64,000 nt of DNA from Dehalococcoidia bacterium (GCA_009692665.1 SHYT01000002.1:56606-120605), one strand, 5' to 3'; positions 1-9,782 are shown, counted from the first letter of the stretch. Translations and numbers: made by a program. The notes: generated by a model not told the origin, from the sequence alone.

Positions 1-192
1 TCCAGTTGAACGAGCTAGGCTGCGTGCCAGCATGGTCTTTCCGACGCCAGGAACATCTTCAATAAGGGCATGTCCACCGGCAAGGAGGGCGACAACACTC
101 ATGTCAACAGCAGTGTCTTTTCCAATGATCACCCGCTTCACGTTTGCGATTATCTTTTTGCTTATGGATTCCGCACGTTTTAGCTCTTGCAC
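1..192 (-). CDS. MoxR-family AAA+ ATPase, N-terminal fragment (gene continues beyond left edge)
   Basis: Reverse translation gives [64 protein letters not shown]. The GKDxxV...ALLAGGHxLxEDxPGxGKT block with Walker A is the MoxR signature. An in-frame TAA lies at 201-199, and GTG at 192-190 is the first possible start. Confidence 0.6.
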   Translation of the reverse strand, partial: MQELKRAESISKKIIANVKRVIIGKDTAVDMSVVALLAGGHALIEDVPGVGKTMLARSLARSTG

Positions 193-405
193 GCTATATT
201 ACCGCCTTCCGCTGGCTGAGCTCACGGCTCAGTGTAGCACCAGATACTTCTAAAACGGGAAGGAGCAGAAGCCGAGTGCTTGCAGGAACTGTTCCCAGGT
301 TTTGTAGTCCCGGTAACTTGACCTAAGAGAGCGGGCGCCCAAAGAGGGCAGGCACCCAAAAGCAAGCACAAAGCCCCGGGGGAATGGCCTAGAAGCTGGG
401 CGGAT

Positions 406-789
406 TTAGTCGTCCAAAGAGTAATTGTGGAGGGTGCAGAAGGAATAGGTGCTAACCACCATCTCGGCGTAGGCTGCGGGGGCATCGCAGTCTTCTTCAT
501 CGCACATCTCTGATTGCACTTCAATCGGAAGAAAGTCCACGCCATCTTGCAGACCTGCTTCTCGTAAGGCATCCCCTAAACCACTATCCAAGGCCGTGTC
601 CTCTTGCGCTTGATGAGCAGCGCAGAGGTGGCGTTCCACAACACGCTCGGTGAACTGGTGCGTGGCGAAGGCGCCACAGTGATATTCCGCTTGTCCCGGT
701 TCGGTTTCCAGGTGGAACTGGCACAATACCCGCTCATCTTTAGAGACGGCCTTTTCCCATGATGTGCCTGCATCGCAGTGTTCACACAT
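406..789 (-). CDS. hypothetical acidic Cys/His-rich protein (127 aa)
   Basis: Only long ORF in this interval. It has 9 Cys, several His and an acidic C-terminal half, with a weak GGAG 14 nt upstream of the ATG. I recognise no family. Confidence 0.4.
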   Translation of the reverse strand: MCEHCDAGTSWEKAVSKDERVLCQFHLETEPGQAEYHCGAFATHQFTERVVERHLCAAHQAQEDTALDSGLGDALREAGLQDGVDFLPIEVQSEMCDEEDCDAPAAYAEMVVSTYSFCTLHNYSLDD

Positions 790-922
790 TGTTAGGTGCC
801 CGCTCCACTTGGCTACTTGTGACCGTTGGAGTGATTTCTGATTACTTGGCGAATAAGCAGCAAATGCCTTGGATTCTCATGATAACAATGGCATTACTGC
901 ACGCTCGGTAACATTAGGTAGG

Positions 923-999
923 TGGTGGGCAGTACAGGATTCGAACCTGTGACCCCTGCGATGTCAACGCAGTGCTCTAGGCCACTGAGCTAACCGCCC
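923..999 (-). tRNA. tRNA-Val (anticodon GAC), CCA encoded
   Basis: Reverse complement is GGGCGGT TA GCTC AGTGGCCTA GAGC A CTGCG TTGACAT CGCAG GGGTC ACAGG TTCGAAT CCTGT ACTGCCC A CCA. All four cloverleaf stems pair and the loop TTGACAT gives anticodon GAC. Confidence 0.92.
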
Positions 1000-1042
1000 A
1001 ATAAGAGGGTGTATTCAGTGTAGCCAAGGGGCTTGCAAGGCG

Positions 1043-1399
1043 TCAACTTCGCAATCTCGCACTAGACGGCTGCGGGTGGCATTTCCTCGTTCGTGCTCCA
1101 TATGCGGACAATATACGGACAACAGGCTTGCTTTGCATGAGACTGTCTATTCTTTCGATTATCTTTGTGCGATCTGCGCTTCTCTCCCGCTGTTGCCAGG
1201 CAGCCATGGTCGTCCAGCGGCTAATGGTCATGAACACGGTGGGATTCAACGTATCAACAACAACTTCGCCAGAAATGTAGCCCCTCTGACGGACTGCCCT
1301 GGATTGCAGGTCACGGAGCAAGTCCGTGAGCTCTTTCTGCGTGCCAGGCGCTATTTTTCTTTCAACAGTGCGCGTTGCGGAAGATGCCGACGGGGTCAT
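1043..1399 (-). CDS. antibiotic-biosynthesis-monooxygenase (ABM/Dabb) domain protein
   Basis: The C-terminal 118 aa of the 289-aa minus ORF read MTPSASSATRTVERKIAPGTQKELTDLLRDLQSRAVRQRGYISGEVVVDTLNPTVFMTISRWTTMAAWQQRERSADR..., the ferredoxin-like ABM pattern (PG..EF..LL..L...A..QPGyISgE...D...P....S.W.S...W..W..S..R). The upstream 171 aa are low-complexity antisense of the plus-strand Ig-repeat gene, so I placed the start at the ATG at 1399. Confidence 0.5.
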   Translation of the reverse strand: MTPSASSATRTVERKIAPGTQKELTDLLRDLQSRAVRQRGYISGEVVVDTLNPTVFMTISRWTTMAAWQQRERSADRTKIIERIDSLMQSKPVVRILSAYGARTRKCHPQPSSARLRS

Positions 1400-2372
1400 A
1401 GTGCCCAGCGCACAACTCCGCTGGCAAATAGAAGGGTCGATTGGCTCCATTACGCAAGGTGGCCGGTTCATAGCCGGAGCGCGCGTTGGGAGCTTCCCCT
1501 CTGCCATTCGCGTGCAAGTAGTTTCTCCCGGCGCAACAGCCACGCCAATCTCCTCGGCAATAGACGTCGTGATCCGGAACGATGCATTCTTCGGCGGTGC
1601 AACCGGATACGCGCTGCTGCGCCCGCAAACGGCCGTGTTACGGCCTGGAGAGGAATTCGCCTTTGGCGCCATTGTGCTGGGTGCCACCGGGCGGACGCTG
1701 CAACCCGGGCAAGTCACCTGGTAAGTAGAGGACCGCGCGGCTGGTACGGTGACCGCGGACATTGTAGTGCCCGGCGCCCCAGGCGGACGAGTGCGCGCAA
1801 CGGCAACCGTTACAGTAGTCGATGCGCCCACGGGCGAGTCGCTGTTTCTTTTCAAGCCACAGACCTTCTTGTTCCCAGAGCGCATTGAGCTGTCTCGCGG
1901 GGAGCCGTTCACGTTCTCCGTGGTTGTGCTGGACGCTCAGGGCCGCCGTGTGAGCGAGCCCAGGGTGGCATGGTCTATCCCACAGGAGCTTGGCTCTATC
2001 ACGCCGCAGGGAAAGCTTACGCTGAGCGGCCCGCCCGGTGAGTACTCTGCGAGTGTCCGGGCCACGGTGACCATGGACGGGCCGGACGGGCCAATAGCGC
2101 AAGAAGTGTCCGCGTCGGTAGTGATTCGCGGGCCGCTTGCGCGCATTAACATTGTGCCAACTTCACCCTCCGTGGTGGTCAATGGACGGGTGCAGTTCCG
2201 CGCGGTTGCCTATGACGCCAACGGGGTAACTCTGCCGGATATCTTCTTTCGCTGGAGCATTGCGGATGAGCACGCGGGAGCCATCTCTTCAAGCGGCGCG
2301 TTTCGTGCTGGACGGATACCCAGCAACTACCTGAATGCCATCAAAGTGCAGGTGATTGCACGGCCCGGCTGA
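1326..2372 (+). pseudogene. bacterial Ig-like (Big_2-type) repeat protein remnant, in-frame TAA at 1722-1724, no signal peptide
   Basis: ORFs 1326-1724 and 1749-2372 are in the same frame and are separated only by a TAA. Four repeats share W-[S/Q]-[I/V]-x4-G-[ST]-I...G.F.AG....A.[VI][RK][VA], and the stop sits at the S/Q position (VTW*VEDRAAGTVTADIVVPG). The frame opens only at 1290, so the N-terminus and export signal are missing. Confidence 0.5.
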
Positions 2373-2532
2373 TACCGAACATAAGGCGATGGCGGATTTC
2401 GGCTGTACTAGCTTCAAGGGACGGCGTTATAATGCATCGATTCTTTTCGGCCGTCTGTCCCGTTTACTACGAACATACGTCGCTGCGTTTGGCGATGGAG
2501 CGGGCGAGCAACCCGCCTGGAGGTGAGGCCCA

Positions 2533-3756
2533 ATGGGATTTGTGAAAGCGCTCCACTGTCGCGAATGCGGCCGCCAGTATCCAGTCGAGGCGGCGAACGC
2601 CTGCGATTTCTGCTTTGGCCCGCTAGAAGTGACGTACGACTACGAGGCGATGGGACGGGTCATTAGCCGTGAGCGGATCCAAAAAGGGCCTCTGAGCATG
2701 TGGCGCTACATTGATCTCCTGCCGGTGGAAGGCACTGAGGTCAACGACCTAAACACCGGCTTTACGCCGTTAGTGAAGTCCAAGCGGCTTGGCCGCTACC
2801 TGGGCCTGAATGAGTTGTACATTAAGAACGATGCGGTCAATCCCTCCTATTCCTTCAAGGACCGTGTTGTGTCTGTGGCATCCACGAAGGCGCTGGAGTT
2901 CGGCTACGATACGCTGGCCTGCGCCTCCACAGGCAACCTAGCAGGCAGCGTTGCCGCCCATGCCGCGCGCGCCGGGATGAAGGCGTTCATCTTTGTTCCC
3001 GCTGACCTGGAACAGGGTAAAATGGTGGGCGCCGCGGTCTACGGGCCAACACTGGTGGCGGTGAAGGGCAACTACGATGAAGTGAACCGCCTTTGCAGCG
3101 AGCTGGCAGACACCTATCACTGGGCGTTTGTGAACATCAACATGCGCCCATACTACGCGGAAGGCAGCAAGACGCTGGGCTACGAGACGGCGGAACAGCT
3201 TGGCTGGCGGGCGCCGGACCATTGCATTGTGCCGTCCGCGTCCGGGTCGCTGTTCACCAAGATATACAAGGGGCTTCACGAGTTTTCCAAATTGGGGCTG
3301 ATTGGCTCCGTGAAGACGCAAATGCACATGGCGCAGGCCCAGGGCTGCGCGCCCATCGCCACCGCATGGATCAACAAGCTGGAGGTAGTGAAACCGGTAC
3401 GGCCCAACACCATCGCCAAGTCGCTGGCCATTGGCAACCCGGCGGACGGCTTCTACGCGCTGAAGGTCATTAAGGACAGTGAGGGCTCCGCAAACATTGT
3501 GCATGAAGACCAGATTGTTGAAGGGATCAAGATGCTTGCCGAGATGGAAGGCATCTTCACCGAGACAGCGGGCGGCGTGACGATCAGCGCGCTGGCGGCG
3601 CTGGCACGGAAGGGCGTCATCAAGAAGGATGATGTAACGGTGGTGTACGTGACGGGCAACGGTCTCAAGACCCAAGAGGCGGTGGTTGACCTGCTGCGTC
3701 CGCTGGTGATTGAGCCAACGGTCACTGCGTTCCAGCAGGCGCTGGGCGGCCGGTAG
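2533..3756 (+). CDS. thrC: threonine synthase family PLP enzyme (ThrC-like, N-terminal zinc ribbon)
   Basis: 407 aa. Has the CRECG...CDFCFGPLEV zinc ribbon of the archaeal-type ThrC subfamily, the PLP-lysine motif NPSYSFKDRVVS and a glycine-rich GSGSL-like loop (SASGSLF). GGAGGTGAGG lies upstream of the ATG. Confidence 0.85.
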   Translation: MGFVKALHCRECGRQYPVEAANACDFCFGPLEVTYDYEAMGRVISRERIQKGPLSMWRYIDLLPVEGTEVNDLNTGFTPLVKSKRLGRYLGLNELYIKNDAVNPSYSFKDRVVSVASTKALEFGYDTLACASTGNLAGSVAAHAARAGMKAFIFVPADLEQGKMVGAAVYGPTLVAVKGNYDEVNRLCSELADTYHWAFVNINMRPYYAEGSKTLGYETAEQLGWRAPDHCIVPSASGSLFTKIYKGLHEFSKLGLIGSVKTQMHMAQAQGCAPIATAWINKLEVVKPVRPNTIAKSLAIGNPADGFYALKVIKDSEGSANIVHEDQIVEGIKMLAEMEGIFTETAGGVTISALAALARKGVIKKDDVTVVYVTGNGLKTQEAVVDLLRPLVIEPTVTAFQQALGGR

Positions 3757-3770
3757 GCGAAGGGGAGATC

Positions 3771-4013
3771 ATGACAAGTAGACGCGTGAAGTTTACGTAC
3801 TCGCCTGCGCTCATTACTGACCCGCTCATTTACGAGCTTAGCCATAAGTTTCCTATTGTTACGAACATTCGCCGCGCAGATGTGCGCGACACGGTGGGCT
3901 GGGTAGTGCTTGAGCTCACGGGTGACGACGCTGCCATTGATAGCGGGCTGGCGTGGGTGCGCTCCAAGGGTGTTCGCATTGACTTGGTCACCGGCGACGT
4001 CGTGGAAGGATAG
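3771..4013 (+). CDS. stand-alone NIL domain protein (80 aa)
   Basis: VKFTYSPALITDPLIYELSHKFPIVTNIRRADV...GWVVLELTGDDAAIDSGLAWVRSKGVRIDLV matches the NIL-domain pattern (F.g....P.i..l...f.v..NIl.a.i....G.l.l.l.G......a..yl...gv.ve). Starts 14 nt after the thrC-like stop. Confidence 0.75.
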   Translation: MTSRRVKFTYSPALITDPLIYELSHKFPIVTNIRRADVRDTVGWVVLELTGDDAAIDSGLAWVRSKGVRIDLVTGDVVEG

Positions 4014-4146
4014 CGTTTTCTGGCTCCCACCATTTTGTCGGTTTTGCCACTCTAGCTGAGGTAGCTAACTTGGCAACGAAGGGGCTGAACCGTACAATGG
4101 GCATTTGAAGAAACCAATGTCCAAAGCATACAGACAGGAGCTTTCC

Positions 4147-4425
4147 ATGAGCGTACTCGTTCGTATCCCAGCGCCGCTCCGCAAAGTGGCTAATGGCAAG
4201 GACCGCACAACGGTCGAGTCGAAGAATCTGTCACAGGCGCTAGTTGAGCTGGATAAGCAGTTCCCCGGAATGAAGGAGCGCATCATGGATGAATCAGGCG
4301 CGCTCCGGCACTTTGTGAACATTTACATCAACGGTGAGGATGTGCGCTTCCTCAAGGGCCTGGAGACAGAGACAAAGACCGGCGACGAAGTCAGCATCGT
4401 CCCCGCCGTAGCCGGCGGACGCTAG
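4147..4425 (+). CDS. MoaD/ThiS-family ubiquitin-like sulfur carrier protein, C-terminus ...VAGGR
   Basis: MSVLVRIPAPLRKVANGKD...HFVNIYINGEDVRFLKGLETETKTGDEVSIVPAVAGGR is the beta-grasp carrier pattern with a near-terminal Gly-Gly. I preferred the ATG at 4147 over 4105 because AGGAG lies 6 nt upstream of it. Confidence 0.75.
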   Translation: MSVLVRIPAPLRKVANGKDRTTVESKNLSQALVELDKQFPGMKERIMDESGALRHFVNIYINGEDVRFLKGLETETKTGDEVSIVPAVAGGR

Positions 4426-4470
4426 TGCAGGGCTAGGCGCGTTCAGGAACAAAGCGGGCATCGCAAAAAT

Positions 4471-4504
4471 ACGAGGGGTGGGTAATTCACTCTCTCGTTT
4501 TTTT
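4471..4504 (+). terminator. putative rho-independent terminator after the MoaD-like gene
   Basis: A 7-bp stem (ACGAGGG / CTCTCGT) with a 14-nt loop is followed by a T7 run. Confidence 0.45.
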
Positions 4505-4549
4505 GGGGGTTGCGTGTGACCCAACTGACGGTCTATTTCATCTGCGCTT

Positions 4550-5074
4550 TTATCCTTCAGGGCTGTTCTTTGAGTTGCGCTTCGCCTTCCCCAGAACATT
4601 TACTGCACCGACCAGCCTCCTTGTTCGCAGTTCGCAAGGTTGATTTAGAAAAACCTTGTCGAAATTCGTAAGTGCATCTTGCACATAGGTCTGTCGCGAG
4701 GCAACGCACGGTGCGCATGGTAACCGCCGTGTTTCTTTGGTCATAATCTTGTCCGGGCTTCCGGCGATGCCGGAACTCAAGAAGAGGCCGGCAACTGTCT
4801 GCCGTTGGTAAAGCTCCATAAAGAGGCTGGAGAGCTCCTCGATGGTATAGGAGAAGCGTTTTCTCGGCACCCAATGACTGTTTGGGCAATATGCACAGTC
4901 CATCATGCAGAAATCCGTAAACATCACCCGCAGAAGTGCTATGGACTTGCCATTTGGCATAGCCGCTCGGTAGACCCCCGCGGGGAGATTCCGGTTGCGG
5001 GCCTGGACTGGCATGGTAGACGGCTGTATGAACTTTTCTTCGCGGGTGGAGCCGAGCACGTCATCGGTGGCCAT
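4550..5074 (-). pseudogene. radical SAM protein fragment (N-terminal third of the putative DNA modification/repair radical SAM family)
   Basis: The CMMDCAYC (CxxxCxxC) cluster and the following RFSYTIEELSSLFMELYQRQTVAGLFLSSGIAGSPDKIMTKE resemble a roughly 420-aa family (...TN.C..DC.YC.NR...R..f...E......FY.RNYIEGLFLSSGI..sPD.TME). Similarity is lost after that point in every frame, and the convergent MoaD-like gene leaves no room for the rest. Confidence 0.45.
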
Positions 5075-5157
5075 GCCGCGAGGTCATGGCGACCCAATGC
5101 TCGTTTACTCCTTATGTACAGCGTGGTAAACTCGACAAGCGCATTTTCGAGGGTGTT

Positions 5158-5874
5158 ATGCCGTTAATCGGAATCACCACCACAGATGAAAAGTCTGCGG
5201 CACGGTACGCAGAAGCTGTGCAGGCACACGGCGCAGATAGTATGTTTCTTACTACTGGGAAGGCTTGGTCTCCGCATGAGGTGCTTCTCAAACTTCATGG
5301 GTTGCTCCTGAGCGGCGGGCATGACATTGACCCAAAGGAGTACGGCGCAGTCGCCGATCCTGCGGCTAATGTTCGCTCCAAGCCAGAACGTGACGCGTTC
5401 GAGCTTCCTTTAATCCGTGCGGCACTCGTCGCCGACATGCCCATGCTGGCAATATGCCGGGGCATGCAGGCGCTGAACGTGGCGGCGGGCGGCAAGCTTT
5501 TGCAGGACATCCCCAACCACCTCGCGCACGACGAGCAGGGCCACGGCAAGACGTCGTTCCACCATATCTGGATCTCACCGGGGAGCAAACTGGCGGCGTC
5601 CATCGGGTCGGGCGGGCAAGTGCGGGTGAGCTCATTTCATCATCAAGGACTGCGTGAGGCGCAAAAGGCGCCAAACCTAAAGGCATCTGCGTACTCGCCG
5701 GAGGACTTCATTATTGAGGGGTTAGAAAGCCCGGACCACACGTGGGTCGTGGGCGTGCAGTTCCATCCAGAGCGCAAAGAGGAACTGCCAAAGCACTTCC
5801 AGGGCCTGTTTGATGCGCTAGTGTACTTTGCAGGGAAGCGAGCAGCGGCTGTTCGGCCGGCTGCCCGCTCATAA
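5158..5874 (+). CDS. class I glutamine amidotransferase, gamma-glutamyl hydrolase (peptidase C26) family
   Basis: PLIGITT...LLLSGGHDIDPKEYG...RDAFELPLIRAAL..MPMLAICRGMQALNVAAGG...HHQG...VGVQFHPE carries the catalytic Cys-His-Glu context. I chose the ATG at 5158 (MPLIGITT) over the upstream ATG at 5086. Confidence 0.8.
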   Translation: MPLIGITTTDEKSAARYAEAVQAHGADSMFLTTGKAWSPHEVLLKLHGLLLSGGHDIDPKEYGAVADPAANVRSKPERDAFELPLIRAALVADMPMLAICRGMQALNVAAGGKLLQDIPNHLAHDEQGHGKTSFHHIWISPGSKLAASIGSGGQVRVSSFHHQGLREAQKAPNLKASAYSPEDFIIEGLESPDHTWVVGVQFHPERKEELPKHFQGLFDALVYFAGKRAAAVRPAARS

Positions 5875-5897
5875 GCCAGCCTTAGAGAGAGGTAGAT

Positions 5898-8432
5898 ATG
5901 GTCAGCAACATTGGGAACATACGCGATGCACGCATTGAGGAGGAGCTGCGAGGCTCGTACCTTGACTACGCGATGTCGGTTATCGTGGCCCGCGCGCTCC
6001 CGGACGTGCGTGACGGGCTGAAGCCCGTGCAGCGTCGCATCCTCTACGGCATGGAAGAGCTTTCCATGCGGCCCAACGCCGGGTACAAGAAGTCGGCGCG
6101 ACTCGTGGGTGAGGTGCTGGGCAAATATCACCCGCATGGCGATGTGTCGGTGTACGACGCCATGGTGCGCATGGCTCAGGACTTCTCGCTCCGCTACCCT
6201 CTTGTGGACGGCCAGGGCAACTTTGGCTCTATTGATGACGACCCGCCCGCGGCCATGCGCTATACGGAAGCGCGCATGGCACGCATTGCGCTGGAGATGC
6301 TGGCGGACATCGACAAGGACACCGTCAATTTCGCTGACAACTTTGACGGCTCTTTGCGGGAGCCAACGGTGCTTCCCGCACGACTGCCGAATCTGCTGGT
6401 CAACGGCGCTACGGGCATTGCAGTAGGCATGGCGACGTCCATTCCTCCGCACAACCTGCGTGAGGTCTGCGACGCGGTTATCTATTACATTGATAACCCA
6501 GCGGCAACGTCCGCTGACCTGCTCCGGTTTGTGAAGGGACCGGACTTCCCGACAGGCGGCATCATGCTGGCTGGTCCAGGCCGCAGCGCGCTCTACGACG
6601 CGTACGAGCGCGGGCAGGGCCGCGTGGTTGTTCGCGCCAAGATTGATCTGCAGGAGATCAAGCGCACGTCCGGCCGGCAACAACTGGTGGTGACGGAAAT
6701 CCCGTACATGGTGAACAAGGCAACGCTGGTTGAGAAGATTGCTAGTCTGGTGCGGGACAAGCGCATCGAAGGCATCAGCGACGTACGGGACGAGTCTGAC
6801 CGCGAGGGTATGCGCGTTGTTGTTGAGCTTCGCGGCGGGGCAAACCCGGATATTGTGCTCAACAATCTGTACAAGCACACGCAGCTGCAAGCAGCATTCT
6901 CCATCAACATGCTGGCGCTGGTGAACAACCAGCCAACAGTGTTAGGGTTGCAAGGGTTTATTACGCACTTCGTGGACTTCCGCGTGCAGGTGGTGACCCG
7001 CCGCGCCCAGTTTGATTTAAAGAAAGCGCAGGACCGCGCGCACATCTTGGCCGGGCTGCGTATTGCACTGGACAACCTGGATGCAGTCATCAAGAGTATC
7101 CGTGCGTCCGCAGACGTGGACGTGGCACGCCAAACGCTCATTGCGCGGTTCCACCTCACGGTCATCCAGGCGCAGGCAATCCTGGACATGCAGTTGCGCA
7201 GGCTGGCTGCGCTGGAGCGCCAGAAGATTGACGAAGAGTTTGGCGAGTTGGCGAAGAAGATCGATGAACTGGAAACGCTGCTGGCAGACCAGAAGAAAAT
7301 TCTGGCACTCGTCCGTACCGAAACGGTAGACCTCCAGAAGTCGTTTGGCGATGCGCGGCGGACGGAGATCAGCGAGGAGGCGCCGGACGACGTCTCCCGT
7401 GACATGAGCCAGTTTATCCAGCACGCCGACATGGTTGTGATGATGACGCAGGGCGGGTACATCAAGCGGCTGCCGCTGTCCACATACCGCCGCCAGAACC
7501 GCGGCGGTAAGGGCGTGGCTGGCATCACCACTCGTGAGGACGACGTAGTGCAGCAGGTCTTGGTCTGCGACACGCACGAGTACCTGTACATGTTCACGAA
7601 CAAGGGCCGCGTGTTCGCCAAACGGTGCTATGACGTGCCGGAGTCTTCCCGCACGGCACGCGGGACGCTGATTGGGAACGTCATCAACTTACAGCCCGAA
7701 GAAGAGGTCAGCTCCATCATTCCTATCAAGGACATCACGCACGCCCCGTCGCTGGTACTAGGTACTAAGCTAGGCGAGGTGAAGCGGATGCCCGCTACCT
7801 CGCTGGCCTCCGTCCGGCAGTCCGGGCTCATTGCCATGGACCTGGAGCACGGGGATGAGATGGTGGCCGCCCGGCTAGCAGCGGACGACGACGAGATTGT
7901 GGTGGTAACACGCCAAGGCAAGGGCGCGCTGTTCCCCGCCAAGGAGCTGACGGTCCGCTCACGGCAAGCAGGCGGCGTGCGGGCTATCCGCCTCAAGACC
8001 GAAGGCAAGGACAAGGATGAAGTCATTGCAATGGACGTGGCCAGCGCTGGCGGCAAACTATTCACCGTGACGGTGAACGGCTACGGCAAGGTCACTGAAT
8101 TGGCCGAGTTCTCCGTCCACCACCGTGGCGGCGGCGGCGTCATTGCCCACAGGGTCTCCGCGAAGACCGGCGAGATTGCCTGGGCAGGCATTATCCCAGA
8201 CATGCAGCGTGAAATCGTCCTCGCCTCCAGCAGCGGCCAAGTGGAACGCACGACGCTGGAGGCGGTGAGCTCCAAAGGCCGGAACGCAATGGGCGTACTG
8301 GTGATGCGCATGGATGTCAACGACCACGTGGTGGCCGCTGCGTGTATGGCCGTAGGCATAGCGAGCAGCGAACTCGCGGAGGGCGAAATGCTGAGCAAGA
8401 ACGGCAGCAACGGCGCGAAACCGGAGAACTAA
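5898..8432 (+). CDS. gyrA: DNA gyrase subunit A
   Basis: 844 aa. [31 protein letters not shown], the active-site region [10 protein letters not shown] and C-terminal beta-pinwheel repeats are present. Confidence 0.97.
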   Translation: MVSNIGNIRDARIEEELRGSYLDYAMSVIVARALPDVRDGLKPVQRRILYGMEELSMRPNAGYKKSARLVGEVLGKYHPHGDVSVYDAMVRMAQDFSLRYPLVDGQGNFGSIDDDPPAAMRYTEARMARIALEMLADIDKDTVNFADNFDGSLREPTVLPARLPNLLVNGATGIAVGMATSIPPHNLREVCDAVIYYIDNPAATSADLLRFVKGPDFPTGGIMLAGPGRSALYDAYERGQGRVVVRAKIDLQEIKRTSGRQQLVVTEIPYMVNKATLVEKIASLVRDKRIEGISDVRDESDREGMRVVVELRGGANPDIVLNNLYKHTQLQAAFSINMLALVNNQPTVLGLQGFITHFVDFRVQVVTRRAQFDLKKAQDRAHILAGLRIALDNLDAVIKSIRASADVDVARQTLIARFHLTVIQAQAILDMQLRRLAALERQKIDEEFGELAKKIDELETLLADQKKILALVRTETVDLQKSFGDARRTEISEEAPDDVSRDMSQFIQHADMVVMMTQGGYIKRLPLSTYRRQNRGGKGVAGITTREDDVVQQVLVCDTHEYLYMFTNKGRVFAKRCYDVPESSRTARGTLIGNVINLQPEEEVSSIIPIKDITHAPSLVLGTKLGEVKRMPATSLASVRQSGLIAMDLEHGDEMVAARLAADDDEIVVVTRQGKGALFPAKELTVRSRQAGGVRAIRLKTEGKDKDEVIAMDVASAGGKLFTVTVNGYGKVTELAEFSVHHRGGGGVIAHRVSAKTGEIAWAGIIPDMQREIVLASSSGQVERTTLEAVSSKGRNAMGVLVMRMDVNDHVVAAACMAVGIASSELAEGEMLSKNGSNGAKPEN

Positions 8433-8469
8433 AGCGAGTTAAGACTTCTTTTTGGGGCTCGACTCGGGG

Positions 8470-9756
8470 CTAGTGCCCACCAGACGTGGTCTGGGATGCC
8501 TCCGTCGTTGTGGGAGCGCCCCCTTTCAGCTGGCGAATGGCCCGGCTGGTTACCCCAAGAAATGCTGCGAACCCCGCGACTGCTCCACCACCAACGGCCA
8601 GCGCAAACGGAGCGCCTACCCAGTCTGCTAGGAAGCCTCCCTGAAGCCCCCCGACCGGCATCAAGCTCCAGGTCATGCCCCAAACGCCCATGACCCTCCC
8701 TCTCAAGTTGTCCGGCACGAGCAACTGGATGGAGGTCATGGTTAACACCTGATAGAGGGCTCCCATGACTCCAACGATGAACATGAGCGCGAGCGACAGC
8801 GGGAACCACACTGAGTACGCGAATGTGATGATAGCAAGACCAAACAGCGCAGCCCCGCCCAGGATGAGCGGTCCGCGCCAAGAGACGCGCGCCAGAATTG
8901 GCGAAGCAAAGCTCATAAGCAGTGCTCCTACACCAGACGCCGTCTGTAAGTAGCCAAATCCTTGCGGACCTATCTGGAGGATATCTTTGGCAAAGACCGG
9001 CAAGAGAAAGATATAGCTCATACCGAATACGCTGTTGAAGAATGTCATGCCCATGAGCGACAAGAAAAGTCGGTTGGAGCCGATGAAGGCAAACCCTTCA
9101 CGCAACTGATGCAGAATAGGCGCCTTGGGCCGCTTCTGTGGTGGCGCCAAATAGACACATGCCATAGCAATCGCCATGATAAGAGAGCCAGCGGTAGCAA
9201 AGTAGATAGCGCTTGCTATGTTCAGCCACGCAATGAGCGCTCCACCAATGGCGGGGCCGACTATGCGAGCACCGTTCCATACCGTTGAGTTCAGCGCCAC
9301 GGCATTCATCATCTGGGAGCGGTCGATAAGCCGGGGGAACATGGCCATGCGTGTGGGGCCATCGAAGGAGCTGAGCGCGCCGTACACAACGGCAATGGTG
9401 AGAATGTGCCAGACTTGCACCGCACCAAGCAATGTTAGCGTTCCCAGTACGGCAGTACACACAGCGGCGGCGGACTGGGTACACACCAGCATGACTCGCT
9501 GGTTGACGCGGTCCGCAACCACTCCACCGACCAGGTTCAAGATGAAGGTTGGAACGGCTGTCGCGACGCCCAGGATACCCAGGTACGCCGCGGAGTCGGT
9601 CAACTCGTAGATGAGCCAGAATTGGCCGACCTGCATGCACGTCATGCCAGTGACAGAAGCTACCAGCCCGAGCCAGTAGAGGCGGAAGTCCCGATTTCGC
9701 AGCACTTCCAAAAACTGAAGGTGCTTGATCCGTAATCCTCCTGAGATGACTGCCAT
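8470..9756 (-). CDS. MFS transporter
   Basis: 428 aa, about 12 hydrophobic segments, and an N-terminal FRLYWLG..VS..G motif typical of the enterobactin-exporter-like MFS_3 group. Confidence 0.8.
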   Translation of the reverse strand: MAVISGGLRIKHLQFLEVLRNRDFRLYWLGLVASVTGMTCMQVGQFWLIYELTDSAAYLGILGVATAVPTFILNLVGGVVADRVNQRVMLVCTQSAAAVCTAVLGTLTLLGAVQVWHILTIAVVYGALSSFDGPTRMAMFPRLIDRSQMMNAVALNSTVWNGARIVGPAIGGALIAWLNIASAIYFATAGSLIMAIAMACVYLAPPQKRPKAPILHQLREGFAFIGSNRLFLSLMGMTFFNSVFGMSYIFLLPVFAKDILQIGPQGFGYLQTASGVGALLMSFASPILARVSWRGPLILGGAALFGLAIITFAYSVWFPLSLALMFIVGVMGALYQVLTMTSIQLLVPDNLRGRVMGVWGMTWSLMPVGGLQGGFLADWVGAPFALAVGGGAVAGFAAFLGVTSRAIRQLKGGAPTTTEASQTTSGGH

Positions 9757-9782
9757 GGTGGCCCTTCTACCTTCTTTGCGCG

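Noticed and set aside
1400-1912. N-terminal 171 aa of the 289-aa minus-strand ORF 1043-1912.
   Set aside because: This part is low-complexity (Pro/Ala/Ser/Thr/Arg) and antisense to the four plus-strand Ig-like repeats. Only the C-terminal 118 aa show a recognisable (ABM) fold pattern.
2373-2532. Possible SAM or other sulfur-metabolite riboswitch in the 160-nt leader of the thrC-like gene (contains GCAACC and a hairpin next to the SD).
   Set aside because: The conserved SAM-I/SAM-II/SAM-IV core elements are not present. Only a generic hairpin (GGGCGagcaaCCCGCC) is seen.
5643-6890. 415-aa minus-strand ORF opposite gyrA. Similar long antisense ORFs occur at 6593-7621, 20149-20880, 38119-39105, 42785-43561, 50773-52032, 54376-55731 and 59455-60720.
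   Set aside because: These are shadow ORFs of GC-rich genes. Their composition is Arg/His/Ala/Pro/Val-biased and low in complexity, they lack SD sequences, and each fully overlaps a strongly conserved gene on the other strand.
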